Part shown: positions 1-10,643 of the stretch, piece by piece | How the letters are laid out: the number at the start of each line of letters is the position of its first letter | Position numbering within the stretch: position 1 is the first letter of the stretch | Assembly: GCA_965224085.1 (NCBI GenBank) | Contig: CBDCYI010000011.1 | Span: 1,248,001-1,312,000, forward strand | DNA length: 64,000 nt | DNA from: Candidatus Marinacidobacterales bacterium | Lineage (GTDB): Bacteria > Acidobacteriota > Vicinamibacteria > Marinacidobacterales > SMYC01 | Direction of reading: 5' to 3' | Program-made: the position numbers and the translations under genes | Notes under the pieces: model-generated | The model's input: only the letters and a program-made list of their open reading frames with translations | The model's database searches: none | Told to the model about the DNA's origin: nothing

Positions 1-333
1 GGCCGAGAGAATGCAGGCCAGCAGCAAGCGAGGGTCCACCTCGACAATTTTGATAAATATCAGCGCCTGAGTAAGCACTGGCAACGCGTGACCCACGTTG
101 AGTGTGGCCGGAATCTCTACGTCTTCAGTGAGTTTCCGGATTCTAAACCATGCAATCGTCGGCGCAAACGAGCCGATGCCGAGTGTATCGAAGAAATTAG
201 TTATAGCCCCAAGTGCTACGCCTTCAGCCGTCGTTGATATTGACCCCAATGTGGATCTTGCCCGTCGCAAGAAAAACGTCAAAAAAGCGATGCTCACCAG
301 GCCGAGCAGTAGTAGCAGAATGATTCGAATCAT
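1..333 (-). CDS. Sulfite exporter TauE/SafE (TSUP)-family membrane protein, runs off window edge
   Basis: Manual minus-strand translation from ATG at 333: MIRIILLLLLGLVSIAFL...GAITNFFDTLGIGSFAPT...PATLNVGHALP; hydrophobic; not in the ORF track because it has no stop inside the window. Confidence 0.7.
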   Translation of the reverse strand, partial: MIRIILLLLLGLVSIAFLTFFLRRARSTLGSISTTAEGVALGAITNFFDTLGIGSFAPTIAWFRIRKLTEDVEIPATLNVGHALPVLTQALIFIKIVEVDPRLLLACILSA

Positions 334-678
334 TGCCTCGCCGCAGTCAGATTCGTTGCGTCATGGTGGGAGCTCTGGATAAATCTCCTCATATCGCTCC
401 CGACGCGGGTCGCTTTCTCCCATGCAGCTCGAGATATAAAAAGGGAGTTGGTAAATTGTATCGCGCTCTGCGGACCAGCTAGCATCGATGTCGACCACCA
501 CCAAGCCTAGCTCGTCGTTCGACCTACAATTCCAAGATTGCTTCGAGACCGGTACCTCATCTTCGAAGAACTGTTCTCACCCTAGCCGCCAAAGCCGCAA
601 CCACCGATCGAAAATCGGCGTCCTGCGCGAACAGCACGCGTCCGAGTTCCGTCGCTTGCTGAAGAAGGGAAGTATCAG

Positions 679-762
679 CTAGCTCTGACGTTCGTCTTCA
701 TAGCAAGTGAGCACATCGACGCCGCGAGCGCGAAGGCCTTCGGTGATCGCCAGCGGCGACGC
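679..762 (-). pseudogene. Remnant of a DUF5615 PIN-like toxin
   Basis: Minus strand reads AITEGLRARGVDVLTCYED, resembling the DUF5615 N-terminus; no start codon and an early stop. Confidence 0.5.
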
Positions 763-964
763 AAGGATTTTCAGGGCTTGCGCATGTGGTCTCTATTGGT
801 CGTTTTTGCTCGGTTTTGGTTTGTTTGCTTTCATTCGTGCCCCTACGGGTAGGCCGAATCGACCAGCACCGACCAGAAGTCACGAGAAAGACGGGTAAAG
901 TCGGGGCAAAGTCACACCGCGAAGTTGCCCTACCTGGAAGTCGCGTCGTAACATCCACATCGTC

Positions 965-1351
965 GTGTCCCTCAAAGCCGGTCAGAAGCTCGCTCACTAC
1001 GAGATGATCGAGCCTATCGGTAAGGGCGGGATGGGTGAGGTCTTTCGCGCTCGCGACACGAAGCTCGACCGCGACGTAGCCATTAAGGTGCTCCCTGAGG
1101 GGCTCACGCTGGACCAGGAGCGGGTCACTCGCTTCGAGCGGGAGGCCAAGCTTGTCGCGGCGCTGAACCATCCGAACGTAGCAACGCTCCATGCGCTCGA
1201 GGAGTTCGAAGATGAGCGATTCCTCGCGATGGAGGTGGTTCTCGGAGAGACGCTGTCGGAGATGATGCAGCTCCGAGCGCAAGCGGTGGGGAGCGGGCCG
1301 TCCCGGGCGGTGTCGTGCGTCCTCCTCCCGAGGGAAGCCAGTCATTCATGA
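965..1351 (+). pseudogene. Truncated Hanks-type Ser/Thr kinase (N-lobe only)
   Basis: GKGGMGEV, VAIK and RFEREA...LNHPN motifs; breaks off after GETLSE, before HRD/DFG. Confidence 0.85.
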
Positions 1352-2658
1352 GCACTGCCGCCGAACAGCCTCAGCCGCTGACGGACATTGAGTACAAGCT
1401 GCTGCTCATCGCCTACATCCACACGCAGCCGGACGACGCGCTCAACAAGGGCCGCGTCATCAGCACCCTCTTCGCCTCCGCCGGCCCGGTGGGCAACAAC
1501 CCCGCCTCGATGCCCCAGCTCCTCTCCGAGCTGAAGGTTGAGAACATCAGCCAGATCGAGTCCGCGGTGAACGACTTCGCGCTCAACGCGAAGAAGGACC
1601 TCATCATCGCGCTGAATAAGACGCGGACCTCGATCCTCAACGCGCTCCCTCCCGACTTCCCGGCGGGCTCGCGCGAGGAGTCCGACGTCGCGGTCAAGCC
1701 GGTCCTCAGCTCCGTCGCGAAGAAGGTCCAGGCGATGCAGGCCGCCGCGAAAGAGGCACCGCCGCCGCCCGTCGAGGCCGGCGAGGAGCCGCTCGGACCC
1801 GCGCCCGCGCCGCTGGTCCGCGCGATGATCTGGCAGCCGCCGATCGTCTTCACGCACGCGCAGAAGCTGGGCAAGGACACGACGCTGAAGCTGACCATGC
1901 TCTTCGACGGCGACGTGGTGCTCGGCGCCGGCATGCTGATGTACCGCATCCGTGTCGAGGGTCAGCAGGTTCGCGTGATGCACTACGAGATGTACGGCGA
2001 GCCTCGCGTGAACGAGGACGTCATGTTCCCGATAGGGCAGCGCATCGTCATCGGTCGCGGCTCGAAGGCGAATCACCAGCGCCCCGACCAGGACGCCGAC
2101 ATGAGCTCGCGCGGCCTCTCGCGCCTGCACGCGGCCGTGACGGTCAGCATGTCCGCACAGCTGAACATGCTGATGTTCGAGCTTCTGGACCTGGGCTCGA
2201 CGAACGGCACGCCGGTCTGGTGGAACGACCCGCAGGGCGCGCCTCCCGTCGCCATGCAGAGCCGTCAGGTGCTCGACAACGTGCACGGCCGCTCGCTGGC
2301 CACGCCCGTCGCCGGCGGCGACGTCTGGCTGTCCGCGGGCTCCATGCTCTACCACCTCGCCATCGGCGGCGGCGTCATCCAGATCAGCCACCACGGCGCG
2401 AACTTGCAGGGGCTCGCTCCGATCGCGCCGCGGCAGCACCCGGTCGGGACGCCCCTCACCATCGGACGCGACCCTGCTCTCGCACACCCGATCGACGATG
2501 AGCACCCGGGCGCGACCGGCTTGTCGCGTAAGCACGTCACCGTGCACGTGCAGGACTTCGGCGGCGGCCAGCTCCACCTGCGCGTCGACGATCACTCGTC
2601 GAACGGCACCACCGTCTGGTGGAACCCGCCGGCCTCGGCCTACGCCGGCTCGAACTGA
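1348..2658 (+). CDS. Tandem FHA-domain protein with unrecognised N-terminal region
   Basis: Two FHA signatures (IGR...SRLHA...DLGSTNGT and IGR...SRKHV...DHSSNGT); ATG at 1348 overlaps the kinase-fragment TGA. Confidence 0.8.
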   Translation: MSTAAEQPQPLTDIEYKLLLIAYIHTQPDDALNKGRVISTLFASAGPVGNNPASMPQLLSELKVENISQIESAVNDFALNAKKDLIIALNKTRTSILNALPPDFPAGSREESDVAVKPVLSSVAKKVQAMQAAAKEAPPPPVEAGEEPLGPAPAPLVRAMIWQPPIVFTHAQKLGKDTTLKLTMLFDGDVVLGAGMLMYRIRVEGQQVRVMHYEMYGEPRVNEDVMFPIGQRIVIGRGSKANHQRPDQDADMSSRGLSRLHAAVTVSMSAQLNMLMFELLDLGSTNGTPVWWNDPQGAPPVAMQSRQVLDNVHGRSLATPVAGGDVWLSAGSMLYHLAIGGGVIQISHHGANLQGLAPIAPRQHPVGTPLTIGRDPALAHPIDDEHPGATGLSRKHVTVHVQDFGGGQLHLRVDDHSSNGTTVWWNPPASAYAGSN

Positions 2659-2688
2659 CATCGAACCTGGAGCGGAAGGCGGGACGCA

Positions 2689-3163
2689 TCATCCCGTGGG
2701 TAGTAGAGCGCAATGCAGTGGCGGCGGGATAGACTCATTAACGATTTCTGTAACGGGACTCCGAGTTGTTGACGACCTGGTTCTCGAGAGCCTCGAAGGA
2801 CGTCGGGTTTCGGTTGTCTTCCGGAACGCATCGATCGCCTCGTCGAATCGCCGCGTGCTGATGTAGGCGTCGCCGAGCCCGCCCCCGGTGAGTGGCGCTC
2901 GTGGCTTGAGCGCGAGTGCTCTTCGAAATGAAGCGATGGCTTCCTCGAAGTCCCGACGAGTCATCGTCGAGGAGACGCACGAGCGAGGCCTCGTGGCCGA
3001 GACCGCCTCCACCACGCTCGAAGGCCTTTTGATTTCCATCGAAGCGGGAATCGAGTTGATCCAGCACTCCGAGGTCGTCGGTCATCGAGAGATCACGGAC
3101 GAGCTTGTCGAGCTCATTCGGCGAGCGCGAGATCATCTGTTCTCTACTCCCGAACAAATACAT
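2689..3163 (-). pseudogene. TPR-protein fragment, frameshifted
   Basis: RDFEEAIASFRRALALKP...LGDAYISTRRFDEAIDAFRK is TPR-like; upstream part lies in a different frame. Confidence 0.5.
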
Positions 3164-3216
3164 CTGAAAGATCTGGAAAGAGGATCTCGAGGAACGAGAG
3201 GAAGCAAAACCGAGAC

Positions 3217-4131
3217 CTAATGCAGGAGCGCATAGATGACGCCCAGCACGCCAATGCTTACAAGAAATGCTGTCGCCACGTTGAAGAATCTGCTCTCCGT
3301 TCCGACCCTGGTCAACACCTCTTGAGGGGTGCCCCTGTACACGATCAAGTTATGTCCCCATCGACGCTTTTCGGCCGTCAGTCCGTCGCGCTTGGCGTCA
3401 TAGGTGCCGATGATAGACATGACTTGGTTAACGGGGAGCACCTCTTCCTGGTAGTGCAGGTTGGCGCCCGTTCCAAGATCGGTTTCCATGCAGTAGTCCC
3501 TGTGCACCTCGTCCAGCTCCGTGTGTCGGGCTTCGAGGAGGCTGCCCTGGCGTTCGCGCTGGCCGGCGGAGGTCGCTGTCGTGGCGATCTGTGTAATCAG
3601 GGCACGCCCTTCTGCCAGCCACTCGTCACCGTGCGCCTCTTGCCTGAGATCATCCTCAAAACCCGGCAAGTTACAGAGACGGAGGCTTCTATCCGCGTTG
3701 TCTACCTTGCACCGGGCCATATGAAACCCTTCGGCAAGGACCACGATCGAGTGCTGTCGGTGCGAACCGGCCCCCCTTGAAGCAGCAATTCTATAGGTGT
3801 ACGCGGCGCATGGTTGGGCGGTAAAGGGGGACTGGAGAGGCTCTCCTTGCACGCGTACCATGCCGTCAAAGACTACGACATCTCCGTCACGAAGTTCCGA
3901 CTTGCCGCTCCTCGTGCGTAGTACTCGAAGATTCAACATGTCCGCGGTGTGCCAGTAGAGCAGGACGAGACCGAGAACAAAGCAAGTACCGGAGATTAAT
4001 CCGATGGCAATCCCGGCGCGGGATATAACAAAGGAAACAAGGGCGAACCAGACGACGAGAAGCACCGCCGGCGCAATCAGCGAGCGATAAAAGCGCACAT
4101 TGCGAGACGGTCTCTCAGTGGCTCCTACCAT
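3217..4131 (-). CDS. Membrane protein, possible GIDE-like domain; lies directly after an attC-like site
   Basis: 304-aa ORF with 2 N-terminal and 1 C-terminal TM segments; PLQSPFTAQPCAAY and EEVLPV...IIG resemble GIDE motifs. Confidence 0.55.
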   Translation of the reverse strand: MVGATERPSRNVRFYRSLIAPAVLLVVWFALVSFVISRAGIAIGLISGTCFVLGLVLLYWHTADMLNLRVLRTRSGKSELRDGDVVVFDGMVRVQGEPLQSPFTAQPCAAYTYRIAASRGAGSHRQHSIVVLAEGFHMARCKVDNADRSLRLCNLPGFEDDLRQEAHGDEWLAEGRALITQIATTATSAGQRERQGSLLEARHTELDEVHRDYCMETDLGTGANLHYQEEVLPVNQVMSIIGTYDAKRDGLTAEKRRWGHNLIVYRGTPQEVLTRVGTESRFFNVATAFLVSIGVLGVIYALLH

Positions 4132-4149
4132 GACGCAATTTTCATCTTC

Positions 4150-4238
4150 ATTGAACGCAAAGGCAAATGGCTGCGGACCGAAGGTTGCGACTCCAACGCG
4201 TAGCGACCTACCCGCTAGCCTCCAGCCTTTGGTTGGGT
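4150..4238 (-). mobile_element. attC-like integron recombination site
   Basis: Minus strand ACCCAAC-CAAAG-GCTGGAG-GCTAGCGG...CCGCAGCC-ATTTGC-CTTTGC-GTTCAAT; RYYYAAC 1 nt after an upstream stop; imperfect hairpin with 5- and 6-nt spacers. Confidence 0.6.
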
Positions 4239-4239
4239 G

Positions 4240-4430
4240 CTAGATGCAGACACACCGATGCCAAAAGGCAATATGGAGACGATCTTGGCGATGTTTCTGG
4301 TCGTTTGCGCGTCCAAAACTCCCGTTCAGCCGATGCATGATGATTGTCTGCTGACAGATTATGACATCGTTGAACGAACCCAGTCCTCCGTATATCCGCC
4401 TCCGGTGAGCTCGCGGAGGACGTAATCGGC
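4240..4430 (-). pseudogene. DUF6966-like cassette gene remnant
   Basis: IYGGLGSFNDVII motif; TAG abuts the attC-like R'' box. Confidence 0.45.
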
Positions 4431-4978
4431 TCGGGAGGTATCGGAAGAAGCTGAGCGTGTTGTCCGTCGGCCGAGGGTGAGAGGCGCTAGCCAGTTGTCG
4501 ACCTTCGTTGGTCAGGATCGCTCTTTCGTCGCGTCGCATCCACTTGAAGCTCAGTAGGTGTCAAGCGGTGATACCGAGACGTCAACTACGATTGACTCCA
4601 ACTCGGACGAGCGAAACCACCTCGGCGTGCTCGACTTGCCGAATCTTACCTTGCAAGGCTCCAGGCAATGTCAACGGGCGTTGACGATCGCTTTGGATGC
4701 CCTCTCCACCATCCGTACGACCTCATGTGCCTCAACCCCGTGACGGGTTACGCTTGCAACGGTATCGACGGCCTCGATGAACTGGCCCTATGGGCTTCTG
4801 GTATCTTCCACGTCGACGTCAGGGGGACCTTAGCTCATGCACGCTGAAAGAATTGAGACGGGCACGGCCCGGAGCCATGATTTTTCCTATCCCTGGCCGG
4901 GAAAGACGACCTATGGCGCGGTCTCGTTATCTTGAGTGACGACCCGACCGTCGATAAGAGACTTAGAAGGAAACAATA

Positions 4979-6205
4979 GTGAGAAAGCATTGCTTCGCCG
5001 CTCTACTTCTTCCTCTCGTTTTTGTTCTCGGGAATATTTCAAACGGCTGGGCCCAGCCCGGCACCATCGTCGTTCGCGCAGCACACCTCATCGATCCGGC
5101 AGCTGGCCGGAACATTGATGACGTCGTTGTTGTCATCGCTGGCGAGCGCGTTGCCGATGTCGGTTCGGGTTTAGCGGTTCCGCGCGGAGCGCGTGTCGTT
5201 GACCTCGGAGATGCCACGCTCCTGCCCGGACTCATCGATGCCCATGCGCACATCACCTTCCACGCCAGCGACTATTACGAGTATCTCTTTCGAACGAGTC
5301 CGATCGATCTCGCGGTGACGGCTCATGTCTATGCCCGTCGAACGCTCGAAGCTGGCTTCACCACCATCCGCGACGTCGGGGCTTCGGAGTTCATCGATGT
5401 TGCGCTCCGCAAAGCCATTGATGCGGGAGTCGTCGTGGGCCCGCGGATGCAGGTCTCGGGTCTCGGGATCAGCGCAACCGGAGGCCACGGCGATCTGAGC
5501 GGGTTCTCGCCGTACTTGAGCTTCGCGCAGTTCTCGAATATCGCAGACGGCGTCGACGAGATCCGCCGCATGGTGCGCTTCAACATCAAGCACGGGGCGG
5601 ACCTCATCAAGGTGATCGCCGGCGCCGGCGTGCGCTCGGAAGAGGAGTCCGTCGGCGCGCCGCAATTCACGCAAGAGCAGCTCGACGCCCTGGTGACCGA
5701 GGCCACGATGTGGGGGAAGAAGGTTGCCGCACACGCCCATGGGGCTGAAGCGATCAAGCGCGCGATCCGCGCGGGCGTCGCCTCGGTGGAGCATGCCGGG
5801 CTCATCGAAGACGTCTACATCATCGAGCACGCCGATGAGATGGGTCTCCCGGAACAAATGATCGAGAAGGAGCGAGAGTTCCGGCGGCACCAGTCGGCGA
5901 ATTGGGGGCGCGCCATGCGCGAGGGTGTTAAGTTTGCTTCTGGCACCGACGCCGGTGTGTACCCACATGGAGAGAACGGCCGGCAGTTCGCTTACCTGGT
6001 CGAGCAGGGCTTTTCGCCGATGGAGGCCATCCGGATGGCGACGGTGTACGCTGCCGATCTCCTGGGCTGGTCCGATCGAGTAGGGCAGGTCGCTCCGGAC
6101 TCTTATGCCGATCTCATCGCGGTCGATGGAGATCCCTTGAACGATATCAGTGTGCTCGAGCGTGTTCGCTTCGTGATGAAGGGCGGGGTGGTCGTCAAGG
6201 AATGA
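4979..6205 (+). CDS. Secreted metal-dependent amidohydrolase (Xaa-Pro dipeptidase-like)
   Basis: Signal peptide; PGLIDAHAH, GFTTIRDVG, AHAHG, GTDAG and ADLIAVDGDP motifs; looks short after EHAG (possible internal deletion). Confidence 0.85.
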   Translation: MRKHCFAALLLPLVFVLGNISNGWAQPGTIVVRAAHLIDPAAGRNIDDVVVVIAGERVADVGSGLAVPRGARVVDLGDATLLPGLIDAHAHITFHASDYYEYLFRTSPIDLAVTAHVYARRTLEAGFTTIRDVGASEFIDVALRKAIDAGVVVGPRMQVSGLGISATGGHGDLSGFSPYLSFAQFSNIADGVDEIRRMVRFNIKHGADLIKVIAGAGVRSEEESVGAPQFTQEQLDALVTEATMWGKKVAAHAHGAEAIKRAIRAGVASVEHAGLIEDVYIIEHADEMGLPEQMIEKEREFRRHQSANWGRAMREGVKFASGTDAGVYPHGENGRQFAYLVEQGFSPMEAIRMATVYAADLLGWSDRVGQVAPDSYADLIAVDGDPLNDISVLERVRFVMKGGVVVKE

Positions 6206-6531
6206 GTCGCTCTGCCCTTCCGACAGGCAGAGGCTCTATATTCTCTAAGGCAAGGGGATCTCCAAGGACGGGGATCTCCTCGACCTCGCCGTGGCTCAGC
6301 AGGCGTGAGGTTGCCACCCGCCTATTCTCGATCGTCAGTGCATTGTAGTGACCCTTCTCGTTGGGGCACCTACTTGGGGGCAGTATCACGGCTCGAGCCG
6401 AGCGTCGCCGCCCGCTCATAAAAGGAAGGCACCTTTCGCCCGCCCGCCTCCTTTGCCCAGAGAGCGTCAGCAAATGAACAGTATTGCGTTATGAGGAATT
6501 CCTTGAGGCGCGGTCAGCTTCGCCAGGACCG

Positions 6532-7053
6532 CTAGCCCCGTCGGCGGCGGCGGTAGGCAATTAGAAGGATCGAGCCGAAGCCGGCCAGCGCAAGAGTCGA
6601 GGGTTCGGGTACAGCCGCGGAGCTAGGCTCCACGAAGGTCTGAAACGCGAAGTCATTCGCAAACCCGGGGACAGTCCACGTCGTCGTAAAAACTCGTCTG
6701 TACGCCGAGCCGTCCGCGTAGTTATTCGCCGCGCCACCGGTGGAGCTGCCGGTCCAACTATATGCGGGATTGTCGCCCGCGCTTCGCAGCACCACCGCCA
6801 TAACGTCTCCGGACGTCACACCGAGGGCGAGCGCGGTGAGATCGATGCTCGTGAAGGTCGTCGGGATTGAACCGAGCGGGAACATGGTCGCTGCAATCGA
6901 CAAGCTGGCAAGAATGTTGCCTCCGGCGTTCGGTTCGGTGGGAGCACCCCCGGTTGTCGTCCGGATATCCAGAAGGAGAGGCGCGGTGGTGCTGGTAGCC
7001 GGGTTGCGCCCTACCATCACGTCGATACTCGTGAGGACGCCAGTGATCCCCAC
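6532..7053 (-). pseudogene. PEP-CTERM protein, N-terminally truncated
   Basis: C-terminal VPEPSTLALAGFGSILLIAYRRRRRG; no signal peptide visible. Confidence 0.75.
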
Positions 7054-7239
7054 GGCAAATTATCGAGCTGTAAAGAACTTCGACATTTCTAGACGAGAGA
7101 GGTGCTCCTTATGGTTTCAAAAGGGATTCGACTGTACTACTGGCCCGAAATGCCTTCGTCTATTTCCGGTCAGGGCGTGCGCTCAGCGAGACGGGGTGGG
7201 GGAGAGAGCGTGAACGACGATCACGCCCAGCGCAGAGCG

Positions 7240-7460
7240 TCGAGGGGGTGGACGCTCGCCGCGCCGGAAGGTAGCTCGCGAGCAACGAGACCGCGGCGAG
7301 ACAGAGCGCAACGACGCCGTACGTCGTGACGTCTCTCGCGTCCACACCGAAGAGAAGCGAGGACATGAGCCGGGTGAGAAAGAAAGCCGCCACGACGCCG
7401 AGCGCGACGCCGAAAGCGGTCAGTTTCGCGCCATCTCGAAGGACGAGACGGCTCACGTTA
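7240..7460 (-). pseudogene. C-terminal remnant of an ADOP/MacB-type ABC permease
   Basis: LVLRDGAKLTAFGVALG...SLLFGV...TYGVVALCLAAVSLLASYLPARRAS. Confidence 0.75.
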
Positions 7461-7695
7461 GCTGGAGTTGGTGGCCGGAGACGATCCCGCCGAACTCCCG
7501 CTCGCTTTCTTGCCACTCGTTAGAGAACTCCTCACAGAGCTCGCCCGGGCGCTGTGAGAAAGTCGATGACGAGTCCAAAGGCCTTCGTAATCGCCGAGCC
7601 AAGACCAGGCGGCCGCTCGATCTTCATGAGGCACGAATCGGTCACCACCAGCTGACCGTTCGAGGTTGGTTTCGGCGAAGCGAGTAGCGGGCACG

Positions 7696-9687
7696 CTAGT
7701 CGCGCCCCTGCATCTTGAATAGTCGCGCCGCGGACTCGAGAGCGTCCCGATCTCCCACGGCAACGACGGCGTCGCCGACACGGAATCCGAACGCCGGATC
7801 GGGTCGATAGAGGGCCTTTCCCGAACGGATAACGGCGATGACGATCGCTCCCGTGACTCGCCTCAAGTTCAAGGATGTCGGATTCTGGCCGAGCGCCGCG
7901 GCTCCATCCTCGACTTCGATGATATCGAGCGCTCCGTGGATGCCGAGGTGTTTGAGGGCGTCGAGCTTCAAGTCGGAGAGCGCGTCCTCCCGCAGGATGC
8001 GATAGTGCTCGTTTCTCACTGCGTCGAGCTCCCGATGCACGACGTTCGTCGGAATTTCATAGAACTCGAGAACGCGAGCAAAGAGCTCGAGCGTCGCTTC
8101 GAATTCTTCGACGACGACTTCGGATGCGCCGAGCCGCATGAGCTCGTCGATCGCGAGCACGTACCGGGTGCGTACGAGTATCCGCGCCGCGGGGTTCAGA
8201 CGGTGCGCGTTGGCAACACCCAGTCGCTCCTCCGTCGGTGCAGCGATGGCGAACACGACGACGCGAGCACGTGCGATGCCGACTTTCTGAAGCGCTGCCT
8301 CCTGAGTTCCGTCACCAAAGAGGACTAGATCGCCCTCCTCGCGGCCGCGGCGAACAGCTTCGCCGTTCTGCTCGAGGACGACGTAAGTCAGACCCGCGGC
8401 CCGCAGAACACGCGCCAGATGTCGGCCGCTGAGACCGTAGCCGACGACTATCGCGTGATCGCGAAGCTCGGCGATCTCATCCTGCTCGGCCGATTCGACG
8501 GAAACCTCGGGGATGCCGAGAAATCGCGAGAGTCTCTCGGTAACCGGCTTCGCGCCGGCAACGAGAAACGGCGTCAGCATCATCGTCAGCACGGACGACG
8601 CGATGAACAATTGGTAGTCGTTTCCCGCGAACAGCCCCAACGGGGCCGCGACGCTGGCGAGAATAAAAGAGAACTCTCCCACCTGCGCCAATGAAATCCC
8701 CGAGACGAGGCTCGTCCGGAAACCACGGTTCAAAGTCAACACCGCGACCGTCGTGAGCACAATCTTCAAGAGCAGGATCAATCCCGTTCCGAGGGCGACG
8801 AGAAGCGGTGCTTCGGTCACGTATCCGACATCAAGAAGCATGCCGACCGAGATGAAGAAGATACCGCTGAAGGTATCCCGGAACGGGCGGACGTCCGAAA
8901 CCGCCTGGAGACCGTACTCGGATTCCGAGATCACGAGCCCGGCCAGAAACGTGCCGAGCGCCAAGGACAGGCCGAAGCTCGCCGTCACGAACGCGGCGCC
9001 CGCACCCACGAACGCGACGCACAACGTGAATAGCTCCCGGTTCTTCAACAAGACGATGCGATCCAGGAAACGGGGAACGACGATGCGTCCGGCCAGCATG
9101 ATCGCGAGGACGACGATGAGACTCACTCCGACTTCTGTCCAGAGACTCATGCCAAGGCCGGCGCCCGCCTGCGCGAGGACGGGCACGACCAAGATCAGGG
9201 GAACGACACAGAGATCCTGGAACAGCAGAATCGATACGGCGACGCGCCCGGCAGGGGAGTCCAGCTCGACGCGGTCGGCGTAGAGCTTCAGCACGACCGC
9301 CGTGGAAGAGAGAGCGACGAGAGATCCGTAGAACAACGCGCGGTTCCAGGGAGCGTCGAGCGCCCATCGCGCGGCGAGCGCAGCCGAGAGGAGAGTGAGC
9401 GCCACCTGCAAACTGCCGCCCTGAAGCACGAGCCGACCGAGTCTCGCGATACGCGCCAGCGAGAACTCGAGCCCGATCGTGAAGAGAAGGAGCATGACCC
9501 CGAGCTCCGCCAGTGTCGAGACGATGTCAGCCCCCGAAATCAACGCGAAACCGTGTGGCCCGATCGCGATGCCGGCGAGCAGGAAACCCGCGACCGTGGG
9601 CAGACGGGCGCGGTGGGCGAGGGCCGCGACGGGGATCGCGACCGCGAGCAGAATCACGAGATCTCGGAGGACACTCAGCTCATGCAC
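7696..9687 (-). CDS. CPA2-family cation:proton antiporter (KefB/KefC-like) with TrkA-N and TrkA-C domains
   Basis: LLFTIGLE, LSSTAVV, LLFQD, FFISVG and LAQVGEF motifs; IVVGYG Rossmann fold; C-terminal RCK-C. Confidence 0.9.
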   Translation of the reverse strand: MHELSVLRDLVILLAVAIPVAALAHRARLPTVAGFLLAGIAIGPHGFALISGADIVSTLAELGVMLLLFTIGLEFSLARIARLGRLVLQGGSLQVALTLLSAALAARWALDAPWNRALFYGSLVALSSTAVVLKLYADRVELDSPAGRVAVSILLFQDLCVVPLILVVPVLAQAGAGLGMSLWTEVGVSLIVVLAIMLAGRIVVPRFLDRIVLLKNRELFTLCVAFVGAGAAFVTASFGLSLALGTFLAGLVISESEYGLQAVSDVRPFRDTFSGIFFISVGMLLDVGYVTEAPLLVALGTGLILLLKIVLTTVAVLTLNRGFRTSLVSGISLAQVGEFSFILASVAAPLGLFAGNDYQLFIASSVLTMMLTPFLVAGAKPVTERLSRFLGIPEVSVESAEQDEIAELRDHAIVVGYGLSGRHLARVLRAAGLTYVVLEQNGEAVRRGREEGDLVLFGDGTQEAALQKVGIARARVVVFAIAAPTEERLGVANAHRLNPAARILVRTRYVLAIDELMRLGASEVVVEEFEATLELFARVLEFYEIPTNVVHRELDAVRNEHYRILREDALSDLKLDALKHLGIHGALDIIEVEDGAAALGQNPTSLNLRRVTGAIVIAVIRSGKALYRPDPAFGFRVGDAVVAVGDRDALESAARLFKMQGRD

Positions 9688-9819
9688 GTTCTATCGGAGC
9701 ATAGTCCGAATCGCACAGTGCGCGATACACGAGCATGAATCGCTTCGAGCCAACGTTTCGTCCGCGTATTTCGTTCGGGCTACCGTTGTTAGAGAGTTGA
9801 CGACCCGAAGGAGCGTGGG

Positions 9820-10056
9820 ATGGTGAACCCTGATCGACGTGAGTTCCTCGCGAGTTTTGCCACGCTCGATCGGCTTTCACTCGAAAAGACCGAAGCCGAC
9901 CTCGTCCTTAAAAACGGCAACATTATTACATTACTGTCGACAACGACCAGCCAAATGCAGAGGCGGCCACGATCGCTCGAGACCGGTTCCTCGCCTTGGG
10001 GTCGAACGACGACGTCCTCAACCTTGTTACGGGACGTACGCGCCGCGTCGATCTAG
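9820..10056 (+). pseudogene. N-terminal remnant of a Tat-exported YtcJ-like amidohydrolase
   Basis: DRREFL twin-arginine leader and ADLVLKNGNIIT, then the frame is lost. Confidence 0.55.
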
Positions 10057-10074
10057 AAGGCCTTCGCTTCTGAT

Positions 10075-10204
10075 GAACCGCGCCCGCGAGGCTCACGCCT
10101 CATCGCTGGCCCAGTCGCTCACCGTCAACGCGACGTTCAACCCTTTGCGTTCCGACCCACGCTTTCAGGACCAGCGCCGCCGGATCAACCTGCCGCCGGA
10201 GTGA
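10075..10204 (+). pseudogene. C-terminal remnant of a kinase/TolB-TPR protein
   Basis: FNPLRSDPRFQDQRRRINLP, a typical C-terminus of these proteins. Confidence 0.55.
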
Positions 10205-10368
10205 GGCATCGCGCCCCGCTAGTTGGCACCCCCCTCGTAGTTGCGGAACGTGTTACCTGCTTGCAGCGACATAGGAACGTGCCCGCGATCGTAGCTCCAG
10301 TTCCGAGTGAACTCAACTGGCTCCGTTTTGGAAGGAGGTTTTCAACGGTGCATTTCGTCTGTGTAAGT

Positions 10369-10643
10369 GATGACGTCAAAGCTGAACTGGCCTCAGTGCT
10401 GGGGACTGGGAGTTGGTCTTCACCGACTACACGGAGGCACGCATGGAAGAGCGTCTTTGTACCGAACTCGACGTGCGTCGTATGATGGAATATGCGAGCG
10501 ATTTCGATCGTGGGAAACGGGAAGGACGATGGGAGATCCAGACTCGCTTTCGCGGGAACCCGTGGAAGGTGATCGTCGAGCCCGACCCGGAAAGGAAACG
10601 TCTCGTCGTCGTGACCGTCTATTCGGTGGAACCAAAGAAATGA
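10369..10643 (+). pseudogene. DUF4258-family toxin with a +1 frameshift in a G run near 10400
   Basis: NWPQCW in one frame, DWELVFTDYTEARMEER...WKVIVEPD...LVVVTVY in the next. Confidence 0.7.

Noticed and set aside
1342-2661. Long antisense ORFs (also 16540-18003, 33603-34607, 48098-49153, 54653-55957, 56595-57986)
   Set aside because: Shadow frames of high-GC genes on the opposite strand, with no motifs
9745-9800. Possible further attC sites (also 7450-7525 and 23120-23230)
   Set aside because: AAC/GTT ends are present but there is no convincing pairing of L boxes
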